50,980 nt of DNA from Microbacteriaceae bacterium (GTDB lineage Bacteria > Actinomycetota > Actinomycetes > Actinomycetales > Microbacteriaceae), in contig JAUNHM010000001.1 of assembly GCA_030523945.1 (NCBI GenBank), forward strand, positions 1 through 50,980. Reading direction: 5' to 3'. The notes under the pieces were generated by a model, which searched no databases, was not told where the DNA came from, and worked only from the letters and a program-made list of their open reading frames with translations. Positions 21,901 to 31,157 of this stretch are shown in pieces (the first letter of the stretch is position 1; every line of letters starts with the position of its first letter). A program made the position numbers and the translations under genes.

Positions 21901-22720
21901 GTTGCCCGTTGCGGCCGCGCTTGACCAGATCTTCGTAGGCTTCTAAAAATTCGTTAAAGTCGAGGGTTTCGGCGCGTTTAATTGCCGGTACCATCAGCTG
22001 GCGGGTGCCGTCTGGTTTTGGCAGGTCGATCGCGATGCCCAGCCCGATGTGTGCCGGGGTGATCACCGATGGTTTGCCGTCAACTTCGGTGTAGGCGACG
22101 TTTTGGCTCGGGAATTCTTTCAGGGTTTGGATCAGTGCCCACCCGATCAGGTGAGTGAAGCTGATTTTGCCGCCGCGGGTGCGGGCGAGGTGGTTGTTGA
22201 TGACGATGCGGTTGTCGATCATCAGTTTAGCTGGCACGGTGCGCACGCTGGTTGCGGTCGGAATGCTCAGACTCATATCCATGTTTTTGGAGATGGTGCG
22301 GGCGATGCCTTTTAGCTGGGTGACTGTGTCGGTTGCTTCGTCGCTATCTTCGGCCTGTGGTTGGCTTTTTTGTGCTTCGGCCGGGATTGGGGTGCTGCGC
22401 GGTGCGGTTGCGGTGGTGCGTGCCTGCACAGACGGTGTCGCTGAGCTGTCTGCTGGCTTGTCAGCGGTTTTTGCGGCCGGTGCGGCTGCGGCTGATTTGT
22501 CGGCAGGTTTGATCGCGTCTGGCCCGTCGGCGGCTTTGCTGGCTGCTGGCTGCCCTGCCTGTTGCCCACCTGCGGCGCGCATTTTTTCGAGGGTTGGCCA
22601 CCAAGACGGGTCAACCGAGTTTTTGTCCGTCAAATACTGCTTATAGAGCTCGTCTACCAGCCACGCATTTGCTCCAAAATTGCTGTTTTCCTCAGCTGCT
22701 GCTCCAGTTGCTTGCGACAC
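18989..22720 (-). CDS. kgd: Multifunctional 2-oxoglutarate decarboxylase/dehydrogenase (E2-E1 fusion)
   Basis: FGANAWLVDELY, YDHRVIQGA, GQKRFSLEG, HGDAAF, RRRGHNEGDDP and WEAQFGDF motifs. Confidence 0.97.
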   Translation of the reverse strand: MSQATGAAAEENSNFGANAWLVDELYKQYLTDKNSVDPSWWPTLEKMRAAGGQQAGQPAASKAADGPDAIKPADKSAAAAPAAKTADKPADSSATPSVQARTTATAPRSTPIPAEAQKSQPQAEDSDEATDTVTQLKGIARTISKNMDMSLSIPTATSVRTVPAKLMIDNRIVINNHLARTRGGKISFTHLIGWALIQTLKEFPSQNVAYTEVDGKPSVITPAHIGLGIAIDLPKPDGTRQLMVPAIKRAETLDFNEFLEAYEDLVKRGRNGQLGAADFQGATMTLTNPGGIGTVHSIPRLMQGQGCIIGAGALDYPAQYQGMSDETLAELGVSKTLTLTSTYDHRVIQGAGSGEFLKLVHERLIGQHSFYEDIFAALRLPYKPVRWAKDVHSGKLGMVDKNARVQELINAFRVRAHLMADIDPLEYRQQSHPDLEIENHGLTFWDLDREFVTGGIGGKSTMKLRDILGVLRDSYCRKIGIEYMHMQNPEERAWLREQLEVKYTKPSHDVQLRILEKLNEAEAFETFLQTKYVGQKRFSLEGGESLIPLLDAILIEAAEDGVESVDMGMAHRGRLSVLANIAGKSYGQIFREFEGSQSAAGASGDVKYHLGANGIFTAPNGTQVPVSLAANPSHLEVVNGVLSGIVRAKQDLKPIGSFSTVPILIHGDAAFAGQGIVYEHLQMSQLRGYRTGGTIHIIVNNQVGFTTLPVDSRSSTYATDVGKTVQTPIFHVNGDDPESVVHVAQLAYRFRQKFHKDVIIDLICYRRRGHNEGDDPSMTQPLMYDLIEAKRSTRKLYTQALVGRGDITEEEYEQAKASFHNKLEQAFLETHNSQTQSMPVIGKTKPEPVEVRVKTAVDKSAIELIGDAHLNKPAGFTTHNKLESTILQKRHKMSREGQIDWGFGEILALGTLLAEGTPVRFAGQDARRGTFAQRHAVFHDRVNGQEWLPLTNLSEDQARFWIYDSLLSEYCALAYEYGYSLQREDALVIWEAQFGDFANGAQSVVDEFLSSAEMKWGQNSSVVMLLPHGYEGQGPDHSSARIERYLQMCAEDNMIIARPSTPANYFHLLRRQAYARPRKPLIVFSPKSMLRLRGATSEIADFTSGEFQPVIGDHTADPAKVKRVLLTAGKVYYDLKSELEKRGEERIAIVRIEQFYPLALDKIEEAVGRFSPDAELIWVQDEPENQGARRYLSRMFSESKVLRGIAAICRAESASPSTGSAKVHAKEQAQIIDEAMDLDIANK

Positions 22721-22996
22721 TGTAGCTATCCTCGTTTCTTTCTTTTGTCACGGACTTCCCGCGCTTATGAATAACCTTATATATAAGCCTACGCTACTAA
22801 AATCAAAAAAACAGAAAAAATCCTGTGTGTGTTCACATATTATTCCGCTAGGATGGTTAGTAATTATGAGTTCAGAGCCCCCGAGTCTTAACGGCTATCG
22901 TAAAAATTGCGGTGCCGGGTTTTTGCTTGCCTTTTTTGTGAATTTTTTTGAGGAAAATCGCGTGTTGCCTGCTCGCTTTAGTTGCGGAGGTGCGGT

Positions 22997-24385
22997 TTGA
23001 ACGACTGGATTTTGCTCACTATCGGTCTTTTGCTGACTTTTGGCACGGGCGTGTTTGTGGCCGCGGAATTTTCGCTGGTTGCTTTGGACCGGGCGGAACT
23101 TGAGCGTAAACAGGCTGCGGGAGCTAAGCGGCTGGGTTCTGTGATTAAGGCGCTGCAGCACACATCGACTCATCTTTCGAGTGCACAGCTTGGTATTACG
23201 CTGACTACGCTTTTGGCCGGTTATACGCTGGAGCCGTCGCTCAGTCACTTTTTGCAGGATCCTTTGAAATTGCTCGGGGTTCCGGCCGATTTGCAAAAAA
23301 TGATTACGGCGCCTTTGGCGGTGGCGATCGCGACCATTTTGTCGATGATTTTTGGCGAGTTGGTGCCGAAAAACTTTGCGATTTCTTTGCCGGAGCGCAC
23401 CGCGAAATTGGTGGTGCCTTTGCAGGCGGCTTTTACTGCGATTTTTAAGCCGGCTATTTTTGTTTTGAACGGCAGTGCTAACGGTATTTTGCGCATTTTT
23501 GGGGTGGAACCGAAAGAAGAGCTTTCCGGGGCGCGCAGTGCTGAAGAGCTGAGTTCTTTGGTGCGACATTCGGCGGCTTCGGGCGTTTTGGAGGCAGACA
23601 CTGCAACTTTGCTTGACCGTACTTTGCGGTTTGCCGAGCTAACTGCGAGTGATGTGATGACGCCGCGGTTGCGGGTGGAAACTATGCTGAAAAGCGCGGC
23701 TGTGAGCGAGCTAATTCACCTGTCTGGCAGCACCGGTTTTTCGCGTTTCCCGCTAATGGAAGATGACCGTGACGATATTATGGCTGTCGCCCATGTGAAG
23801 CAGGCGGTGGCTTTGCCGCGGGAAAAACGTGGTGAGGTGCCGGTTGCGGCGATCGGGGCAGAGGTCACGCGTGTGCCTGAAACGATGCACTTGGACACGC
23901 TTTTGGCTGAGCTGCGCAGCGCGGTTTATCAGTGTGCGATTGTGGTTGATGAATACGGTGGTACGGCCGGGTTTGTGACGCTGGAAGATCTGGTTGAAGA
24001 GATTGTGGGCGAGGTGGCTGACGAACATGACCGGGCGCAGGCAGACGTGGTGGGCACCGCAAATAAACTGCTGATTCCGGGCGAGTTGCGGCCGGACGAG
24101 CTTGCTGAACGTAGCGGCGTGGTGATCCCTGAGGGCGATGACTACTACACTGTGGCCGGGTTTATGCTGCAAGAGCTTGGGCATATTCCGGTCGTGGGCG
24201 AAAGCATTACCCTGCCAGACGGGGCGATTTTGAGTGTGGAGCGCATGGAAGGTCGCAGGATTTCGCGTGTGCGCTACACCGCACCACCGCTACCTGCCGA
24301 GCATGCCGAGGGCGAAGCACGCGAGACGGTTGTTTCTGACCGGACGGGTGTGATTGAGCTGCCAAAGCAAGGGGGTGCAAAATGA
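22997..24385 (+). CDS. Hemolysin-family/CNNM (DUF21-CBS-CorC) protein
   Basis: FVAAEFSLV, QLGIT, GELVPKN, SRFP and VVDEYGG motifs; TTG start after GGAGG. Confidence 0.92.
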   Translation: MNDWILLTIGLLLTFGTGVFVAAEFSLVALDRAELERKQAAGAKRLGSVIKALQHTSTHLSSAQLGITLTTLLAGYTLEPSLSHFLQDPLKLLGVPADLQKMITAPLAVAIATILSMIFGELVPKNFAISLPERTAKLVVPLQAAFTAIFKPAIFVLNGSANGILRIFGVEPKEELSGARSAEELSSLVRHSAASGVLEADTATLLDRTLRFAELTASDVMTPRLRVETMLKSAAVSELIHLSGSTGFSRFPLMEDDRDDIMAVAHVKQAVALPREKRGEVPVAAIGAEVTRVPETMHLDTLLAELRSAVYQCAIVVDEYGGTAGFVTLEDLVEEIVGEVADEHDRAQADVVGTANKLLIPGELRPDELAERSGVVIPEGDDYYTVAGFMLQELGHIPVVGESITLPDGAILSVERMEGRRISRVRYTAPPLPAEHAEGEARETVVSDRTGVIELPKQGGAK

Positions 24386-25431
24386 GTAACGACACCGCCG
24401 GAATTGTATGGTTGTTTGTGCTGCTGGGTTTTAACGCATTTTTTGTGGGGGCCGAGTTTGCGGTGATTTCTGCCCGGCGCTCGCAGATTGAGCCGCGTGC
24501 TGAGGCCGGTTCTAAAGCCGCCAAAACCGCACTGTGGGCGATGGAACACGCCACTCTGATGCTGGCCACTTGCCAACTGGGTATTACGGTCTGTTCGCTT
24601 TTGATTTTGAACGTGTCGGAGCCTGCTATCCACCACCTGTTGGAAGAACCGTTGCATCATCTCGGCATTTCCCATGATGTGGTCACGGTGGCGGCGTTTG
24701 TGATTACGCTGCTTTTGGTGTCGTATTTGCACGTGGTTTTCGGCGAAATGGTGCCAAAAAACGCGGCATTTTCGCTGCCAGACAGGGCAGTTTTGCTGCT
24801 GGCTCCTCCGCTGGTTTTGATTTCAAAGCTTTTGAAGCCGCTGATTTGGGTTATGAATGCGCTGGCCAACGGCGTTTTGCGCCTGTTTCGGGTGGAGCCA
24901 AAGGACGAGGCAAACTCGACTTTTACCATTGAAGAGGTTGAGTCGATTGTGGCTAACTCGATGCGTGAGGGTGTTTTGGAGGATCGTTCCGGGGCGGTTT
25001 CGGCGGCGGTTGAGTTCACTAACAAACAGGCGCTGGATTTGGTGGTGCCGCGTGCGGAGCTTGTCACTCTGGCTGAAAACGCAACCCCGCTTGATGTGGA
25101 GGCGGCAGTTACCCGGCACGGTTTTTCCCGCTATATTATTGAGTCGGAAAGCGGCGATTTGCGCGGTTATGTGCATATTAAAGACCTTTTGCGGGTGCAT
25201 GAAGACCGCCTCAGCCAGCCGATCCAGGCCAAACGGGTGCGTGCGATGATGACGGTTACGGCGCATACCGATCTGGAAGATGTTTTGGCAAAAATGCAAA
25301 AGCAGGGCACGCACCTGGCGCGAGTTTATAGCGATGCTGGCATCGAAATGGGTGTGCTGTTTTTGGAGGATATTATTGAGGAACTGGTGGGTGAGGTGCA
25401 CGATGCCACGACCCGCCAGCGTTACGCCTAG
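24382..25431 (+). CDS. Hemolysin-family/CNNM (DUF21-CBS) protein
   Basis: FFVGAEFA, QLGIT, GEMVPKN and LEDIIEELVG motifs; ATGA overlap with the upstream paralogue. Confidence 0.92.
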   Translation: MSNDTAGIVWLFVLLGFNAFFVGAEFAVISARRSQIEPRAEAGSKAAKTALWAMEHATLMLATCQLGITVCSLLILNVSEPAIHHLLEEPLHHLGISHDVVTVAAFVITLLLVSYLHVVFGEMVPKNAAFSLPDRAVLLLAPPLVLISKLLKPLIWVMNALANGVLRLFRVEPKDEANSTFTIEEVESIVANSMREGVLEDRSGAVSAAVEFTNKQALDLVVPRAELVTLAENATPLDVEAAVTRHGFSRYIIESESGDLRGYVHIKDLLRVHEDRLSQPIQAKRVRAMMTVTAHTDLEDVLAKMQKQGTHLARVYSDAGIEMGVLFLEDIIEELVGEVHDATTRQRYA

Positions 25432-25440
25432 GAGCCGGGT

Positions 25441-26202
25441 GTGCTAGCAGATTTGATAGCAGCGGGTCGTGTGGACGCGAGCTGGGAGAGAGTTTTGCGG
25501 CCGGTTGAGTCAGATCTGAAGCGCGCTTTTGCAGCGGCTGAAGCTGAGCGTGCAGCTGGTGTCGAGGTTGTGCCTAAATCATATGCGGTTTTTCGCGCCT
25601 TTACTCAGCCTTTTAGTGAGGTGCGGGTTTTGATTTTGGGGCAGGACCCGTATCCCACCCCGGGGGACGCGATGGGGCTAGCTTTTAGCGTTACGCCAGA
25701 AACTGAAAAACTGCCAAAGTCTTTGCAAAACATTTTTAAGGAACTTGCCGTAGACACGGGCTGCCCGCCGCCAGCTAACGGAGATTTAACCCCGTGGGCT
25801 AGTCGGGGAGTGCTGCTGCTGAACACTGCGCTGACGGCTCGGGCCGGCTGCGCCGGGTCGCACGGCAAACTTGGTTGGCAGATAGTTGTGAGGCAGATTG
25901 TGCGGGCTTTGGCGGCGCGCAAGCAGCCGTTGGTGGCGATTTTGTGGGGGAAACACGCGGCCGCGTTTTTACCAGACTTGGGCTTTACCGGCAGTGAGCG
26001 CGCTTTTGCGCGAGGGAATGCCACTTGCTACGTTGAGGGCGAATTTACCGGGGTTTCGGCAGTGGTTTCGCCGCACCCTTCGCCATTGAGTGCACACCGC
26101 GGTTTTTTCGGCAGCCGCCCCTTTTCTGCCGCTAACGAGCTGCTCACACAGGCCGGTGCCACCCCGATCAACTGGGAACTCCCCTCAAACTCGCTGCTTT
26201 AG
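25441..26202 (+). CDS. ung: Uracil-DNA glycosylase
   Basis: GQDPY, GVLLLN and HPSPLS motifs. Confidence 0.96.
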   Translation: MLADLIAAGRVDASWERVLRPVESDLKRAFAAAEAERAAGVEVVPKSYAVFRAFTQPFSEVRVLILGQDPYPTPGDAMGLAFSVTPETEKLPKSLQNIFKELAVDTGCPPPANGDLTPWASRGVLLLNTALTARAGCAGSHGKLGWQIVVRQIVRALAARKQPLVAILWGKHAAAFLPDLGFTGSERAFARGNATCYVEGEFTGVSAVVSPHPSPLSAHRGFFGSRPFSAANELLTQAGATPINWELPSNSLL

Positions 26203-26268
26203 TTTTGCGCCGACCAAAAACTGCCCGCGATCTGCGCGACACGGTTAGTGCTTCAAATTTGAGGCAAC

Positions 26269-26303
26269 AAAAAGCGCCCCGACCAGCTGGCCAGGGCGCC
26301 TTT
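26269..26303 (-). terminator. Intrinsic terminator downstream of the aldehyde dehydrogenase
   Basis: GCGCCC...GGGCGC stem followed by T5 on the minus strand. Confidence 0.65.
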
Positions 26304-26317
26304 CGTGTTAGCTGAGA

Positions 26318-27673
26318 TTAGCCAGCGTAACGGTAGAGTTTCTTGTTGGTGAACTCGTGAATACCGTATTTACCGATCTCACGGCCGTAACCACTCTTCT
26401 TCACGCCACCAAATGGCACGTCGGTGCCCTCCAGGCCGGAAGCGTTAATAAACACCATGCCCACCTCGAGTGCGTCACCCACACGCTCAGCGCGCTCAAC
26501 ATCGTCACACATTACAACAGAACCGAGGCCGTAAGGAGAAGAGTTGCACAGGTCAATCGCCTCCTGATCGCTCGAAACTTTGTAAAGCTGGGCAACAGGG
26601 CCAAACAGCTCTTCGCGGTAAACGTCCATCTCCGGGGTCACATCGGTGAGCACGCTCGGGGTGTACCAGTTGCCATCAGGGTTGTTGTCGCCGACGATCA
26701 GCTTTGCACCCTGGTCAAGCGCCTTCTGCACCTGTGCGCTCAGAGTCTTGGTTGCGTCATCGCTAGACAGCGGGCCGTAGTCGCCATTGTCTGGGTTTTG
26801 CGCGGCAATCGCGTCGCAGAACTTCTTTGAGAACTCGTCGTAAACGCTGTCAAGCACAACGATACGCTTCGAACCGTTACATGCCTGACCGGTGTTTTCC
26901 ATCCGGCCGCCAACAGCATATTCAACAGCAGCGTCAATGTCTTTAACATCGAGCACGATGAAAACGTCAGAACCACCGAGTTCCAGCACACACTTCTTCA
27001 AAGCGCGACCGGCCTGCTCAGCAACAATCGCACCGGCACGCTCAGAACCGGTCAAAGACACGGCAGCGATGCGGTCGTCAGCAATAATGGTCGAAATCTG
27101 GTCGTGGCTGGCAAATACGTTGATGTAAGCGCCCTCTGGGAAACCAGCCTCGCGGAAAAGACCCTCCAAAGCCAGCGCGGTCTCAGGACACTGGTTAGCG
27201 TGCTTCACAATGGTGGTGTTACCAACAGCCAGCACAGGAGCGGCAAAACGGGCGATCTGGTAGAACGGGTAGTTCCACGGCATAATACCCAAAATCGCGC
27301 CAATCGGGTGGTGCTTGATGATGGTCTTCAGGCCGTCTTCAACCTTCAGCTCATCGTCAGCAAGCCACTCTTCAGCACCTTTGGCAAAAGCTTCGATAAT
27401 GCCAGCAGAGAACTCAACCTCTAGCTTACACTGCTCCAGCGGCTTGCCCATTTCCCGGTGGAAAATAGCAGCAAGCTCGTCCTGGCGCTCCATGTGCAGG
27501 TCAGCTACGCGCTGCAGCAGAGCCGCGCGTTCAGCAACGGTGGTGGTACGACCCCAGTTTTTATAGGTGTCGTGAGCGTCTGCAAGAGCAGCTTCGATCT
27601 GGGCGTCAGTCGCCTCATCGTAAGTTTTAACAACCTCACCGGTAGCCGGGTTAGTGACAGCGTATTTGCTCAT
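26318..27673 (-). CDS. NAD(P)-dependent succinate-semialdehyde dehydrogenase family (GabD/Sad-like)
   Basis: IMPWNYP, LTGS, LELGGSD, GQAC, EELFGP and PFGGVKKSGYGRE motifs. Confidence 0.85.
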   Translation of the reverse strand: MSKYAVTNPATGEVVKTYDEATDAQIEAALADAHDTYKNWGRTTTVAERAALLQRVADLHMERQDELAAIFHREMGKPLEQCKLEVEFSAGIIEAFAKGAEEWLADDELKVEDGLKTIIKHHPIGAILGIMPWNYPFYQIARFAAPVLAVGNTTIVKHANQCPETALALEGLFREAGFPEGAYINVFASHDQISTIIADDRIAAVSLTGSERAGAIVAEQAGRALKKCVLELGGSDVFIVLDVKDIDAAVEYAVGGRMENTGQACNGSKRIVVLDSVYDEFSKKFCDAIAAQNPDNGDYGPLSSDDATKTLSAQVQKALDQGAKLIVGDNNPDGNWYTPSVLTDVTPEMDVYREELFGPVAQLYKVSSDQEAIDLCNSSPYGLGSVVMCDDVERAERVGDALEVGMVFINASGLEGTDVPFGGVKKSGYGREIGKYGIHEFTNKKLYRYAG

Positions 27674-27761
27674 TATTCACTCCTTTAGTGAACTTTTATT
27701 GTTAATGATTACGATAGCAGTGCCGGTAGCACCGTTATACATTTATATTTTATTAGATAAA

Positions 27762-28979
27762 CTAGCTAATCGCCTGTGAAAGAACTGTGATTTTCTCAGT
27801 ATCGGCAATTGGACTTGCATCTTTACCCCGCAAATCCGGCACAATCCGAAACGCCGCAATACTTACCAAAATAGCCAAACCAAGCCCGCAAAGCGCGACA
27901 ACAAACGCGCCATTCTGCCCGAAATGATCCACCGCAACACCAGCCAAAGTCGCCCCCAAAGCAGCCCCGACAAGCTGCCCGGTCATCGACCAGCCAAAAG
28001 CCTCAGACGTATCTGAAAACTTGACCGTCGAACTAATCAGCGCCGAAAGCGCCGCAAAAGCCGGCGCAGAACCAAGCCCGCTCAAAAGCAAACTAAGGCA
28101 AAGCCACCAGGTTTCCCCCGAAAACAGACACATCGCCGTGCCAAAACCGCACGCGGCAAACCGCAACGGAATCGCAAACGGGGTGAGCGGACGATGGCCG
28201 ATCAAAAAACCGCCAATAAACGAGCCAACCGCATTACAGGCCAGCGCAATTCCGCCATCAAAACTTTCGTGACCAAAAATCGCGACCACACCCGTTTCGA
28301 GCGCAGCAAAATAGGCGATATACAAAAAACCGAGCACGGTCGCAAGCCACACCGTCGGGCGCGACAAAACCGCCCCAAAACTGCGGCGAGAACGCGGAAT
28401 GCGCACCTTGCCGATCTCGGGTGTAATCGTAAACAAAACCCCGCCGCCAAAAATAATCGCGCTGGAAACCAACACGCCGATATCTGGCGCGATCTGCACC
28501 GAAATAAACACCGACAAAACCGGGCCGCAAACCCAAATAATTTCCTGCGCGGTCGCGTCCATCGAATAAAGGCCGCTGAGTAGGTTGCCCGGCACAATCT
28601 TTGGATAAATCGTGCGCACCGCAGAGGTGATCGGCGGCATTGACAGGCCCGCAACCGCCGCAATCGCGATGATCGGCGGCAGCTCTAGTGGGGCGAGCGC
28701 GATCGCGGCAAAACTGAGCGCGCAAACAGTTGACGTGACCAAAATCACTGGCCGAATGCCAAACCTGCCCATCAGGCGGCTGGTGACAGGACCCGATACC
28801 GCCTGGCCAATCGAGATGGCGGCGAGCACGGCACCGGCGCTAGAATAGTTGTGAAAACGGTGCTCGATATGCAAAATTATGGCGATCGTAAACATGCCAA
28901 AGGGCAGGCGGGCAATGAGCTGTGACGTTAAAAGTCGCACAACCCCGGGAGATTTGCAAAGATCGCGATAAATGCCCAC
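27762..28979 (-). CDS. MFS transporter
   Basis: About 12 TM segments; motif-A-like SRLMGRFG.R. Confidence 0.88.
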   Translation of the reverse strand: MGIYRDLCKSPGVVRLLTSQLIARLPFGMFTIAIILHIEHRFHNYSSAGAVLAAISIGQAVSGPVTSRLMGRFGIRPVILVTSTVCALSFAAIALAPLELPPIIAIAAVAGLSMPPITSAVRTIYPKIVPGNLLSGLYSMDATAQEIIWVCGPVLSVFISVQIAPDIGVLVSSAIIFGGGVLFTITPEIGKVRIPRSRRSFGAVLSRPTVWLATVLGFLYIAYFAALETGVVAIFGHESFDGGIALACNAVGSFIGGFLIGHRPLTPFAIPLRFAACGFGTAMCLFSGETWWLCLSLLLSGLGSAPAFAALSALISSTVKFSDTSEAFGWSMTGQLVGAALGATLAGVAVDHFGQNGAFVVALCGLGLAILVSIAAFRIVPDLRGKDASPIADTEKITVLSQAIS

Positions 28980-29051
28980 ATCTTAAGCCTAGCCGGTTGC
29001 GGGGCGGGTTGGCTGAAAACTGGCTTGAAGGCGGTGGTTTGGCTGAATTAT

Positions 29052-29170
29052 CGCGAAACTGCTGTGAAACACTGTGAAACATTGCGGAAACCCAGGCTCG
29101 AAACCTGTGTAAGCAACCCGAAACCGGGTGCGAAACAAGCGCGAAACCAGCGATAAAATAGCGCGAAACG
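29052..29170. promoter_or_regulatory. Phased GAAAC direct-repeat array in a divergent intergenic region
   Basis: GAAAC at 29055, 29066, 29076, 29087, 29100, 29120, 29132, 29143 and 29165. Confidence 0.6.
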
Positions 29171-29263
29171 CCGCAAAATCCGGCAAAAAACGCGGTGGGA
29201 TTATTTAATGTTGCCGCTAGGCGATATGCTAAAAGTAGCGTTTAAGAGAAAGAAGCCGAATCG

Positions 29264-30457
29264 ATGTTTCGTAAATTGTTTGGATCCAAGCCGAGCACCG
29301 CAAGTCGCGTGGCTTGGGAAGTTGCTGCGCCTAAAAGCGAGCAGGTTTGGGAAGATGACTTTGGGCGGTTTGCTACCCGGGCTTTGCAGGTGATTATCGT
29401 GATCGTGCTGCTGGCTCTGGTGGTGCTGGCGATGGGATATATCGGTAACCTTGTGATTCCGGCACTTTTGGCGATTATTTTGGCTTCGACGCTGACTCCG
29501 ATCGTAGGCTGGTTGCGGGGCCTTGGCGTGCCGCGATTTTTGGCCGCTTGGCTGGTAATGGCGGCGTCTATTGGTGCGTTTTTTGGGGTTTTGGGGCTGA
29601 TTGCTTGGACGATTCATGCGCAGTTTGACGAAATCGTGGACAAGGCAGTGCGCGGTTACGAGCAAATTATCGCCTGGTTGCGCAGTTTGGGTGTGACGAT
29701 CGACGAGCAGAGCCTGAAGCAAGCGCAGGAAAAAGTGGCCGAGACGCTGTTTAACGAGGAGGTTGGCGGCAGCGTGCTGCAGGGTGCGGTTGCGTTTGGT
29801 AACGGGCTGGGCGCGGTCGGTTTGATCGGTGTGCTGTTTTTCTTCTTTTTGAGTGAGGGCGACAGGATTTGGGAATTCTTGTGCCGGCCTTGGCGTGGCG
29901 CGGCATATTTGCGGGCAAAACGCGTTGGTGAGAGCGTGGTTACTGCGTTTGGTGCTTATGTGCGGGGGACTGCTGCTTTGGCGTTGGCAAACGCACTGAT
30001 TATTACTGTGCCGCTTTTGATTTTGCAGGTGCCGCTGGTTTTGCCGTTGGCTGCGTTGGTGTTTTTGCTGTCGTTTATTCCGATCGTTGGTGCGCTGATC
30101 GCCGGGGCTTTTGCGGCGCTGGTGGCGCTGGTTACGAGCGGCCCGGTTGCGGCGCTGGTGGTGGTTGCGGTGGTAATCATCATCAACCAGTTGGAGGGTG
30201 CGCTGTGGCAGCCGCTTTTGATGGGTCGCGCGGTAAAACTGCACCAGTTTGTGGTTTTGTTGAGCATTACCGTGGGTACGATTTTGGGCGGCCTGTTTGG
30301 TTCTGTTATTGCGGTGCCGATTGTGGCCGCGTTTTGGGGTGCTGTGCGGGTGTGGAACGGCCCGAATACGCCTGCGCGCTGGGCACAGGAAAAAGACCCT
30401 GCTGAGGTAAAAGCATACGAGCTAATTGCTGAAAAATCGCCTGAACTAGAGCAGTAA
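29264..30457 (+). CDS. AI-2E family transporter
   Basis: Multiple TM segments; FIPIVGA, QLEG...QP..MG..VKLH and G....AVP motifs. Confidence 0.9.
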   Translation: MFRKLFGSKPSTASRVAWEVAAPKSEQVWEDDFGRFATRALQVIIVIVLLALVVLAMGYIGNLVIPALLAIILASTLTPIVGWLRGLGVPRFLAAWLVMAASIGAFFGVLGLIAWTIHAQFDEIVDKAVRGYEQIIAWLRSLGVTIDEQSLKQAQEKVAETLFNEEVGGSVLQGAVAFGNGLGAVGLIGVLFFFFLSEGDRIWEFLCRPWRGAAYLRAKRVGESVVTAFGAYVRGTAALALANALIITVPLLILQVPLVLPLAALVFLLSFIPIVGALIAGAFAALVALVTSGPVAALVVVAVVIIINQLEGALWQPLLMGRAVKLHQFVVLLSITVGTILGGLFGSVIAVPIVAAFWGAVRVWNGPNTPARWAQEKDPAEVKAYELIAEKSPELEQ

Positions 30458-30551
30458 AATCGCTATATTTGGAGCAGTAACCCGGCTAGCGGGGAAAGCG
30501 GATTGCTATTGGTATGCACTGGGTGTATTTTCACCTGAACTGGAGCAGTAA
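30440..30551 (+). repeat. Short direct repeats of the AI-2E gene 3' end
   Basis: CCTGAACTAGAGCAGTAA (30440), GGAGCAGTAA (30471) and CCTGAACTGGAGCAGTAA (30534). Confidence 0.7.
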
Positions 30552-30677
30552 CTAGGCAAATTAGCGTGGTAGCTTGGTGATTTGTGGGGCGGGTATGTTT
30601 TTGAAAGCTGTCTGCCTTTGCAGGGAACTTAGTAAAATTTAGGATTTTGCCCGGTAGCCGGGTTTTGAATGCCGAAA

Positions 30678-31157
30678 CTAGGCTGTCTGCTGGGTTTCGA
30701 TCTGGCGCAGATCTGCTTCAAGGGCAACCCATGCGAGCATTGCGCATTTAATCCGCATTACGAACTTTGCCACACCCTGCAGCGCAACCGCGTCACCGAG
30801 CAGTTTTTCGTCGGGCTGGGTGTTTTCGTCGCGCGACTGCAGCATGGTGCGAAATTCGTTAATTAAATGCTGTGCTGCGGTCGTGTCTGGTTTGTCTTCG
30901 GCAACGAGCGCGGCGAGCATAGAAGCTGAAGCCTGGGAAATAGAGCACCCCTGGCCGCGCCACTTTAGTTCTTGCACACGGCCTGCGTTATCGACTGCAA
31001 TATCGAGAGTGATTTCGTCGCCGCAGCTCGGATTGAGTTCGTGGTGCGAAGCGGTTTTGTAGTCGCTGCCTGTAGAATTGGCTAGTTCGCCTTTGCCAAC
31101 GGGACGTTTGGAATGATCCAAAATCAGGTCTTGATAGAGAGAATCGAGCATAGACAT
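30678..31157 (-). CDS. sufU: SUF system Fe-S assembly sulfur-transfer protein
   Basis: LYQDLILDH, NPSCGD, GCSISQASAS and RIKCA motifs. Confidence 0.95.
   Translation of the reverse strand: MSMLDSLYQDLILDHSKRPVGKGELANSTGSDYKTASHHELNPSCGDEITLDIAVDNAGRVQELKWRGQGCSISQASASMLAALVAEDKPDTTAAQHLINEFRTMLQSRDENTQPDEKLLGDAVALQGVAKFVMRIKCAMLAWVALEADLRQIETQQTA

Noticed and set aside
22997-25431. Tandem 'hemolysin' genes as virulence toxins
   Set aside because: These are CNNM/CorC-type Mg2+ homeostasis proteins, routinely found as a pair next to kgd in actinobacteria
29201-30244. 347-aa minus-strand ORF
   Set aside because: Antisense shadow of the AI-2E transporter; Q/R/H-rich composition typical of the reverse of a hydrophobic gene
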